33,415 bases of DNA from an uncultured Candidatus Saccharibacteria bacterium (GTDB taxonomy: Bacteria > Patescibacteriota > Minisyncoccia > Phycocordibacterales > UBA9988): NCBI GenBank assembly GCA_964574105.1, contig CAZNKH010000004.1:1-33415 (forward strand). Direction: 5' to 3'. Numbering within the stretch: position 1 is the first letter of the stretch; every line of letters begins with the position of its first letter. The position numbers and the translations under genes were made by a program. The notes under the pieces are model-generated. The model was not told the origin of the DNA. It made no database searches and was given only the letters and a program-made list of their open reading frames with translations. Positions 16,756 through 24,670 of this stretch are shown piece after piece.

Positions 16756-17548
16756 TGATAGTTTTTTTTGCTAGCCGAGCTTTTTTGAATGCCTCAACAT
16801 CGGCAAGGATACTTTTAATAGAGGAGATTTTCAGTGATGCCCTTCCAATGAGCAAACCGTCAGCGCCCCCATCAGAGACAAAACTTACCGCATTTTCTTT
16901 TGTCACCGACCCTCCATAAAGCACAGGTACAGAGAGTGCCGCTCCTGTGCCGACATGCTCGCTCACAATTTTCTTAATATAGATTGCCACACTGCGAAAA
17001 TCTTCTGGTATATCCGGTGCCGCCGCGTGTTCTCCAATTGCCCATAGTGGCTCATACGCAATAACAAGGGAACGAACAACACTCTTAGGAACATCGTGCA
17101 ACGCACTACGCACCTGTCCTGCAATGACACTGAGATACTCACCGTGCTCATCACGGAGTCGTTCCCCAACGCATAGTAGTGTATGGAGTCCAACTTTCTG
17201 TGCCTGCCGCATTTTTACATTCACATCTGCCTCACTATCTCCAAGAGCTCTCCGTTCAGAGTGTCCAACAATCACAAACTGCGCTCCTGCCTCCTTGAGC
17301 ATTTTTGCACTTATCTCCCCTGTCTGTGCGCCAGCACTAAAACGAGAACAGTCCTGTGCGCCAATTTGCACTCTCTTGAGTGTGCGCCGACCGCTTAATC
17401 CTTCTATAAAGGGTGAAGGTGGTGCTACCCAGATATCTGTCTCTTTGAGCGATTTACTTGCCTCAACAAGAACTCGGTAGAGCTGCTGCGCTTCACTCCA
17501 ACGCTCTGGGTTTGTCTTCCAATTACACGCAATGATTGTTTCTCTCAT
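16739..17548 (-). CDS. tpiA: Triosephosphate isomerase
   Basis: CNWKTN, VGHSERR, AYEPLWAIG and YGGSV motifs are present. I prefer the ATG at 17548 (MRETIIACNWK) over the track start at 17581. The 3' end overlaps the pgk start by 17 nt. Confidence 0.92.
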   Translation of the reverse strand: MRETIIACNWKTNPERWSEAQQLYRVLVEASKSLKETDIWVAPPSPFIEGLSGRRTLKRVQIGAQDCSRFSAGAQTGEISAKMLKEAGAQFVIVGHSERRALGDSEADVNVKMRQAQKVGLHTLLCVGERLRDEHGEYLSVIAGQVRSALHDVPKSVVRSLVIAYEPLWAIGEHAAAPDIPEDFRSVAIYIKKIVSEHVGTGAALSVPVLYGGSVTKENAVSFVSDGGADGLLIGRASLKISSIKSILADVEAFKKARLAKKTINERTR

Positions 17549-17565
17549 CCGCCTAGTATAGCGCA

Positions 17566-19017
17566 TCAGAGCTCCCGCCAAGAAATGGTCTGATATTGGT
17601 CAGAAGTAAGAGGAAAGGATGGTGGTGGCCCGTAGAGAAGATTCCCGTCATAAATGATATTACGAATCTCATAGCCATTACCGTCAGTGTAGGCAAAACC
17701 ATAGCGCTCTCTTGAAGCAATCATACCATAGAGAGTAATACTGTTTCGCTTATGATAGGGAGAACAACGATTCCAGAACCAGTATGGTGCAGGGTAGTAG
17801 TAACGACCGGCACGACCGTTTTTCGCAACTAAGGCGGCGTCAATCTGCAAGTCAGTATCACTCACCATGCCAACATTAATATTTCCTTGCGCGATGAGAG
17901 CAAGAACATCTGTTCCGTCAGTAGCAGAGTAACGAACATCTTTATTGACAATAATATGCGCATTGGTAGAAGGACTCTCGGGGAAGCGCCCCGCCGCAAT
18001 CGTCAGCCGCGCGCTTTGTATCATCCCTTCTACCCACACATTATCTTCAAGAAACACGAGTCCGTTTGTAGGAAACGCAAAATTACCGAGAAAAGTCTGC
18101 GCACTTGCACTCCAAGTTCCCCATCCATCTTGTCCTTGCGTATCAGAACACCCAAAGGGAGCAGCGGTAAGCCCGGTTACCTTGTAAAGATCGTAAGTGT
18201 CATTCGTCTTAAGGACGATATTGTAGCCAAGGGAACCTGACCCCGCATGGTAGCGTCCCTGCGCCTGCGCATCTGTCTTTATCTGTGCGAGATCTTGCGT
18301 AAACCCGTCCCAGTCAACAGCAGGAACTCCCACTTGTCGCCCTGACTCAAATACGCTTGTGCGTGCGGGTGGTGTTCCGGGAGGCGGAGAAATTGGCGGG
18401 ATAGGGTCAACAGGAGAAATGTGTGTATGCACGCCATACTCATCTGCCCCGCTATGATCTGGATCGTCATAGCTGTACTTAAAGCTGGTAACGAGATTAT
18501 GTGCGAGTCCATCAAAGCGGATACCATCATTTGAATGTATAGGGCCAAAAACCTCTGTCCCCTCGCCAAAGCGCATCTTTGTCTTTGCAAGAAAGGCATA
18601 CTTGGCGATAGAGGGAATAGCAAACTTGGCCTCAATACGCCTCGAGATCGTAGGATTCGCCGTTACCTCACCTTCAGAAACAACAACAACAAGGGTGGAC
18701 CCGACAGGAGGGGGGGTGATAGTTAAGGTAAAGGTACCAATCACTGTTCCATCCGCATCACGATACTGATGTACATAAGGACCTTCTGCGCCAGTACCAT
18801 CTTGGTAATCGGTAGGTGCATGCGCCAAATGCCAACGGTAATACTCAATTCCCGCCTCCGCAATTTGAAATGCTTGCTCACGGAGTCCAGCATCTCTCCC
18901 CGCTCGGAGATTGATCGCTCCCCAATTGGCAAGTGCAGTGATGAAGAGAATCGCAATCGCGCCAAAGACAAGTGTATGGATGATGAGATACCCGTGCTTG
19001 TATATTCTGTATCCCAT
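17566..19017 (-). CDS. PilX-N-domain-like type IV pilus-associated protein (483 aa)
   Basis: An N-terminal TM helix is followed by REQAFQIAEAGIEY. This resembles the PilX N-terminal pattern (QAFxxAEAG). There is no Glu at +5, so it is probably not processed like a pilin. It is the last gene of the pilus block. Confidence 0.6.
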   Translation of the reverse strand: MGYRIYKHGYLIIHTLVFGAIAILFITALANWGAINLRAGRDAGLREQAFQIAEAGIEYYRWHLAHAPTDYQDGTGAEGPYVHQYRDADGTVIGTFTLTITPPPVGSTLVVVVSEGEVTANPTISRRIEAKFAIPSIAKYAFLAKTKMRFGEGTEVFGPIHSNDGIRFDGLAHNLVTSFKYSYDDPDHSGADEYGVHTHISPVDPIPPISPPPGTPPARTSVFESGRQVGVPAVDWDGFTQDLAQIKTDAQAQGRYHAGSGSLGYNIVLKTNDTYDLYKVTGLTAAPFGCSDTQGQDGWGTWSASAQTFLGNFAFPTNGLVFLEDNVWVEGMIQSARLTIAAGRFPESPSTNAHIIVNKDVRYSATDGTDVLALIAQGNINVGMVSDTDLQIDAALVAKNGRAGRYYYPAPYWFWNRCSPYHKRNSITLYGMIASRERYGFAYTDGNGYEIRNIIYDGNLLYGPPPSFPLTSDQYQTISWREL

Positions 19018-19018
19018 A

Positions 19019-19624
19019 TTAAAAGTTGTCCTTCAGACTTCGGATAAGTGACTGCCCAGTTATCGTAAGTGGAGCAGGAGCACGACGAGAGTCCTTATCT
19101 ACAGTAGCAGTAAGACGGATGAGCCGCACACGATAATTATCTACCGGCTGAACAAGGGGGGATGTAGTACCCATATATGTTCCGTTAAAGTAATCAAAAC
19201 GAGTACTTGTTGTTGCGAGGTAATGCACCATTATCTTCTTGCTCTCATTTGCATCAAGATAACTTGCGGGAGATCCAGAAGGATTGGTGACTCCACGCAA
19301 GAGATTAGTTCCGCTTATATAGTAACGAATACGCTCTCGATCAGCATCACCATCACTGTCGCCATAGATAGTAAGCGCCGTGGTAGATGCAAGCTCTACC
19401 GGGTAAGACCCCGTGTTCCCCGGAGCCGCGCCGCGTACATCACGCATAAATTGCCGCACGAGGCCACGGAGTTCTGCTTCAGACTCCAATGCGGATTGCT
19501 GAGAGATATTCTCACGCCACACTGTTACTTGGAGTGAAGAGACAACAACCGCAATAAGCCCGAGGATGCTCACCACGACAAGCATCTCCACAACACTGAA
19601 TCCCCTTTTCAGTACAGATATCAT
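19019..19624 (-). CDS. Prepilin-type minor pilin / pseudopilin (PilW-like)
   Basis: The class III signal is LKRG/FSVVEMLVVVSILGLIAVV, with Gly at -1 and Glu at +5. The ATG at 19624 overlaps the upstream TGA, forming ATGA. Confidence 0.7.
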   Translation of the reverse strand: MISVLKRGFSVVEMLVVVSILGLIAVVVSSLQVTVWRENISQQSALESEAELRGLVRQFMRDVRGAAPGNTGSYPVELASTTALTIYGDSDGDADRERIRYYISGTNLLRGVTNPSGSPASYLDANESKKIMVHYLATTSTRFDYFNGTYMGTTSPLVQPVDNYRVRLIRLTATVDKDSRRAPAPLTITGQSLIRSLKDNF

Positions 19625-21447
19625 GGTGAAAGCATTACCTCTATATTCTGCCACGCACTCCCAACAGAGACAGCGTCATTTGTATATGATTGATAACCGG
19701 GGTGTGACACCGTGAGAGTATATGTCCCCATTTCAAGTCCTTGAAAAAGTACTTGCCCATAGGGGATGCACACCGATCCATAGGTGACAGAGATATCAGA
19801 GAGATGTGGGCTTACAGAAGTATTTTCAGTGCTTAGAAAAGCTTTATAGCGCAGATAGCGGTCATTGGTATGAATGGGTGAGATGCTGCTATTTGATACA
19901 TCGTAGTAAGTTCCTTCTGTTCCGTCTGGGCCACGGTATATCCAGGTACTTGTTGCGGCATCATTCCCGCTCGCAATTTTAAATTTAAGACTCCCCGTAC
20001 CTGTAGAGGTAGCTTGATCGCCGGGTTGCCAGAGGAGTGTGTAGAAGGTTGTTGAGCTACCACCAGTATCCATCACCGATGATTCAAGTGTTCCGGCACT
20101 ATCGTACTGACCAAGCACTTGAGCAAGTGCTATTTCACCAACGGGTGCTCCACCAAGCCCGCCATAGTCAATAGCGGAAGATTGGAAGAACTTACTATGG
20201 TTGGTATAGAGGTCTTGTCCTCCGCCAAGAGACCAGTCACTCTGATTGAGATAACCACGATTACTCATTTTCGTGGCAGAGTATCCTGTTCGGGAGAGCG
20301 TAATACTTGCGTCAGAGAGGGGGAGTCCGGTACTCGCATCTTTCACCACAACTAAGAGTGAATTGCCGTTCCTTGGCGCTACTACAAGACGCAATGTAAG
20401 CGCGGTACCGGGGTTAAGTGAAAAAGGAGAAAGCGGGATGGAGCCAGCAAAATCAAGCGCGGCCTCAGTAATTGTCGGCAGGTAAGAATCCCATTCCAAT
20501 GAGCTAATAGTGGTCTTGCCATCGCTTCCCGTCGTATGATCTTGATTATATTTATAAATGGTCGGATCGGTACCAATAGTCTTTGACCCGCGTAGAGAAA
20601 AATCAGTACTCGGCACTGGCTCGCAGTTCTCTCGCACCGTCTCAACAGTAAGGGTAGATACTCTATCAATTGCAAAACTCATATGGGTTAACTGCCCTGA
20701 CGCAACGGTTGCATGTACCTGTGAGGGGTTAGGATTATTAGGGTCATCAGCGGCATATGTCTGCGCGCTTGAGTACCCAGTCTTAGACACGAGAACACTA
20801 TATGTATAGGACCCAGGAGGAACATCTACCAACTGAAGCATCCCATCATTATTAGTCACCTCATTAATACTGATTATCGGAGAAGCACTCTGATTCTCAA
20901 CATGGACACTCGCTCCAGAAATTGGCATCCCATTAGCGTCAAAAACTGAGATGAAGAGCGCGCCATTATTCCCAGTGTTCTCTAAGTTCTTTGGAGAAAC
21001 ATTTGTTGTCACTGTTGTTGTAGAGAAATTAACACAATGTGGGCATCCAACAGAGACAGCTACTTGCTTGTAATCCGCGGGAGAAAGATCGTTAGGGCTC
21101 CCTCCAATGGTCCCATCAAAGGGATCGTCTATATTCCTGATGGTTGTGCGTAAAAGAAATTGCACTCCGCCCTTGGACACACTTGTCTCTCGCGGAATGA
21201 CACCAGAAGGGATACCCTGCACAATGCCCACATTCTCATACGATAGATTACGAATCAGCTCAATCTGTTCATTTGCCGCAAGCATTGCGAGCGTCCGTAA
21301 TTTAGATGTTGAGACCAGTTTCATCACTCCAACATACCCCTCGTATACACCGAGAGATATGATAAGGAAAATAGCAATACCAACGAGTACCTCAACGAGT
21401 GTTAAGCCGTGTCGAAACAGAGACTGTTTTGTATTACTTAATTGCAT
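19621..21447 (-). CDS. Giant prepilin-type protein (608 aa) with carboxypeptidase-regulatory-like beta-sandwich repeats
   Basis: The class III signal is FRHG/LTLVEVLVGIAIFLI. At least three segments fit the G.Y.L.VS..GY pattern (GSYTYSVLVSKTGYSS, ITLSRTGYSA, GTYTLTVSHPGYQS). The start overlaps pilC by 14 nt. Confidence 0.7.
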   Translation of the reverse strand: MQLSNTKQSLFRHGLTLVEVLVGIAIFLIISLGVYEGYVGVMKLVSTSKLRTLAMLAANEQIELIRNLSYENVGIVQGIPSGVIPRETSVSKGGVQFLLRTTIRNIDDPFDGTIGGSPNDLSPADYKQVAVSVGCPHCVNFSTTTVTTNVSPKNLENTGNNGALFISVFDANGMPISGASVHVENQSASPIISINEVTNNDGMLQLVDVPPGSYTYSVLVSKTGYSSAQTYAADDPNNPNPSQVHATVASGQLTHMSFAIDRVSTLTVETVRENCEPVPSTDFSLRGSKTIGTDPTIYKYNQDHTTGSDGKTTISSLEWDSYLPTITEAALDFAGSIPLSPFSLNPGTALTLRLVVAPRNGNSLLVVVKDASTGLPLSDASITLSRTGYSATKMSNRGYLNQSDWSLGGGQDLYTNHSKFFQSSAIDYGGLGGAPVGEIALAQVLGQYDSAGTLESSVMDTGGSSTTFYTLLWQPGDQATSTGTGSLKFKIASGNDAATSTWIYRGPDGTEGTYYDVSNSSISPIHTNDRYLRYKAFLSTENTSVSPHLSDISVTYGSVCIPYGQVLFQGLEMGTYTLTVSHPGYQSYTNDAVSVGSAWQNIEVMLSP

Positions 21448-22651
21448 CGGTCAGCGAGTACATTGGGCCAAGCATTGCGATAGCAAAAAATCCAACAGCA
21501 ATGCCAATCAGCACCATAAGTGCTGGCTCAATGATGGTTGAAAGATTTTTTGTCACCTGATCAACCTCTTTCTCATAGAACTGTGCGCCTTTAAGAAGCA
21601 TCCCGGGTAAATCGCCAGTCTCTTCTCCCACCGCAGCAAGCTCCGTTACGAGTATTGGATAGATATGTTCGTAAGAATGAAAGGTTTGTGAAAGCGGGAT
21701 GCCTTTCTGCACATTCTCGCGTGCATGAATAAGTGCCTGCTTATACGCATGGTTTTGCAGAACATCTTCGGTAATCTGAAGCGACTCAGTCATTGATACG
21801 CCCGAAGAGATAAGTGAAGAGATGGTCCGCATAGTTACAGCGGCATTTACATTGCGTACTACTGGTGAGATAAGTGGGAGACGGAGCACGAGCCGCTCAA
21901 ACAGTCGTTTAACACCGGGGAGCTTGATCCCTCTCCATCCAACGACAATCAAGAGTGTAGGCAGGAGAATACTCATAATCTTATGCTCACCTACAAAATC
22001 ACTGAACCAAATAACCATCTGCGTGGTAAGCGGAAGATCTACTCCAAGATCCTTAAAAGTAGCAGTGAGCGTTGGCACCACATACATCATCATTAAGATG
22101 CCAATTAAAATAATGACACAAATAATGACAGCGGGGTACATCATTGCCCCTTTTATCTTGCGTCGTAGCTCATAATTTTTATTAAGTTGATCAGAGATGA
22201 TAGCGAGTGATTCAGGAAGTTTTCCTGACTCTTCACCCGCTGCAACCATGGCAATAAAGATTGGAGAAAAGATATCTTTCCGTGCAGAGAGTGCTTCATG
22301 AAGACTACCGCCGCTCTTTATCCGCTCGGCAAGCGTATGTACTACATCTTTATATCGCTTACTCCCTCCTTGCCGTTCAATAACTTCAAGCGCACGAGAG
22401 AGGGAGAGACCGGCAGTAATCATAGAGCCAAGATTATCAGCAAAGAGTACTTTTTCACGAAGAGAGAGATCCTTTACAAATAAGCCAAGAATACTATCTG
22501 CGAGATTCTTTTTTGGTGTAATAGCCTTAGCAAGAATTGGCGTGAGTCCTTCTGCACGGAGTTCACGAGAGAGCGCAAGCTGATCAGAGGCGTCGCGCTC
22601 ACCACTTATCTCTTCGCCGGTCTCTTTTCGTGCTCGGAAAAAATATTTCAT
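21434..22651 (-). CDS. pilC: Type IV pilus platform protein PilC (GspF family)
   Basis: Two GspF-type repeats with TM segments are present. I prefer the ATG at 22651 (MKYFFRARKETGEE), 7 nt after the pilB stop, over the track start at 22726. Confidence 0.9.
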   Translation of the reverse strand: MKYFFRARKETGEEISGERDASDQLALSRELRAEGLTPILAKAITPKKNLADSILGLFVKDLSLREKVLFADNLGSMITAGLSLSRALEVIERQGGSKRYKDVVHTLAERIKSGGSLHEALSARKDIFSPIFIAMVAAGEESGKLPESLAIISDQLNKNYELRRKIKGAMMYPAVIICVIILIGILMMMYVVPTLTATFKDLGVDLPLTTQMVIWFSDFVGEHKIMSILLPTLLIVVGWRGIKLPGVKRLFERLVLRLPLISPVVRNVNAAVTMRTISSLISSGVSMTESLQITEDVLQNHAYKQALIHARENVQKGIPLSQTFHSYEHIYPILVTELAAVGEETGDLPGMLLKGAQFYEKEVDQVTKNLSTIIEPALMVLIGIAVGFFAIAMLGPMYSLTDAIK

Positions 22652-22658
22652 ATCACTA

Positions 22659-24413
22659 TTATTCCGCGGCAACACGCAGGACCTCCTCAATCGTAGTAAT
22701 GCCTTGCGCGGCCTTATAAATACCATCTTCTAGCATTGAGAACATCCCTTCCTTTCTCCCTTCCTCTTCTATTTCTGCGGCTGTCGCTCCCTTCATCACA
22801 AGCTCTTTCACCGACGGAGATAGGGTCATAATTTCATGAATACCAACGCGCCCAGAAAAACCATCCGGACAGTCGGTGCTCCCTTGCGGTTTAAAGAAGG
22901 GGACATCGGTGATCTTTGTTCCCGGGGCAATTAGCTTTTCTTGTTCTAGTACAGAAAGCACTTTTGGCAGATCTACTTCTCCTGCAAGTGTTTGTGCCTC
23001 TGCGGGTGTAAGGCGGTACTCAATCTTCCCATTCTTACAGAGCTTGCGCACAAGTCGCTGTGCCACGATTACATTAATAGTTGAGACTAGGAGAAAAGGT
23101 TCCGCTCCCATATCCAGCATACGGGGGATGGTGGCTCCAGCAGAATTAGTGTGGAGTGTAGAGAGTACTAAGTGCCCCGTGAGTGCAGCATTAATAGCAA
23201 GATTAGCGGTCTCTTTATCACGAATCTCCCCCACCATAATAATATCTGGGTCTTGGCGCATAAGAGAACGGAGTCCAGCCGCAAATGTCATTCCAATATC
23301 TGGTTTGACCTGCGTCTGGTTAATACGCGGCATCTGATACTCCACTGGGTCCTCTACGGTAGAGATATTTACATCCGGCTTGTTGAGAATATCTAAAATA
23401 GTGTAAAGAGTCGTTGACTTTCCGCTTCCTGTTGGGCCAGTAACAAGAATCATCCCCGTCGTCTTGCGTGTTGCATCATGAATGCGCTCCAATCCCGCGC
23501 CGTGAAAACCGAGTCCTTCTAAGGTGTAACCCTTTACCGCATCAGGGAGAAGACGCATTACCACCTTCTCTCCGTAGTAGGTAGGGAGCACTGAGACACG
23601 AAAAGAGATTTTTTGCCCTTCTGATTCAATTTTAAAACGGCCATCTTGAGGGAGACGCTTTTCATCCAGACGCAGATTTGAGAGAACTTTTACTCGAGCG
23701 ATTATCCCCGGCCCAACCGCTTTAGGGAGCATCATGGCATCATGAAGAATACCGTCAATACGATATCGGATAACCACCTCATTCTCATACTGTTCTATGT
23801 GAATATCAGAGGCCTTCTGCACTACTGCGTGAGAGAGAAGTGTATCAATGATACGGACTACCGGAAGATCCTCTGCCATCTTCTTTAATTCAGCTTCCCC
23901 CTCCTCTGGTGTTGCACCCTCCGCGAGCGTTTTGACCGTCTTCGCCTCTTTTTGGATTATATCGCCAAACTCCGCTTTGAGACTCTTTTGGTACTGAACC
24001 AAGGCGGAACGCATACTTTCGGTATCGGTTAGCCGTGGGAGTATACGAAGGCCAACACTCTTTTTAATGAACTCAATAGCCTTAAGATCTTCTGGATCAA
24101 GCATTGCCACCTCAAGCGCTGTATCAGAGCGCTTGTAAGCAATGATATTGTGCTTACGAGCAACTGGCTCAGGGATTATTGAGAGTACCGAGAGATCTAT
24201 TTTTTGCCCCTGAAGAGAAACGAAGGGTATGCCGAGTACATAGGCTTGTGCTTTACGCCACTCATCTTCAGAAATCTTTCCTTGTGAAATAAGTACATCT
24301 CCCAAAGAGAGCGAACGAGCACTTGCATCTTGTGTTGCAAGTTCAAGGTCTGACTTACTGACCAAGCCAGAGTCAACTAAAAATGCTTGTAACCGTACGA
24401 GGTCTGTGTGCAC
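22659..24413 (-). CDS. pilB: Type IV pilus assembly ATPase PilB (GspE family)
   Basis: The ORF has an N-terminal GspII_E_N-like domain, Walker A GPTGSGKSTT, and Asp and His boxes. The start is GTG at 24413. Confidence 0.92.
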   Translation of the reverse strand: MHTDLVRLQAFLVDSGLVSKSDLELATQDASARSLSLGDVLISQGKISEDEWRKAQAYVLGIPFVSLQGQKIDLSVLSIIPEPVARKHNIIAYKRSDTALEVAMLDPEDLKAIEFIKKSVGLRILPRLTDTESMRSALVQYQKSLKAEFGDIIQKEAKTVKTLAEGATPEEGEAELKKMAEDLPVVRIIDTLLSHAVVQKASDIHIEQYENEVVIRYRIDGILHDAMMLPKAVGPGIIARVKVLSNLRLDEKRLPQDGRFKIESEGQKISFRVSVLPTYYGEKVVMRLLPDAVKGYTLEGLGFHGAGLERIHDATRKTTGMILVTGPTGSGKSTTLYTILDILNKPDVNISTVEDPVEYQMPRINQTQVKPDIGMTFAAGLRSLMRQDPDIIMVGEIRDKETANLAINAALTGHLVLSTLHTNSAGATIPRMLDMGAEPFLLVSTINVIVAQRLVRKLCKNGKIEYRLTPAEAQTLAGEVDLPKVLSVLEQEKLIAPGTKITDVPFFKPQGSTDCPDGFSGRVGIHEIMTLSPSVKELVMKGATAAEIEEEGRKEGMFSMLEDGIYKAAQGITTIEEVLRVAAE

Positions 24414-24419
24414 ACCTTT

Positions 24420-24428
24420 AGTATATCA
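24420..24428 (-). promoter_or_regulatory. Extended -10 element TGaTATACT ending 6 nt before the pilB GTG start
   Basis: The minus strand reads TTGATATACT-AAAGGT-GTG. No convincing -35 is present. Confidence 0.35.
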
Positions 24429-24591
24429 AGTTGTGCCGCCCTCTCCGATAAAAAATGGTTGATAAGTGCCTCCTCATTGACTCCGTGCAGATGCGACACA
24501 AAAAGCGTCCAATGGAGTCCGTGGCACAAGATTATTTCATTACGGTAGGCACATACAATGTCTAAAGGGATAATAATAATTTTTGTATCAA

Positions 24592-24634
24592 TAACAAAAA
24601 GGTCTGGTTATACTCTCCTGAGCATTCCAGACCT
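24592..24634 (-). terminator. Rho-independent terminator after the 510-aa secreted protein gene
   Basis: The minus strand reads AGGTCTGG, a 19-nt loop, CCAGACCT, then TTTTGTTAT. It separates that gene from the pilB operon. Confidence 0.55.
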
Positions 24635-24670
24635 CTCTGTAAATCTAACCGAGACTGTTGATGAGGAGCC

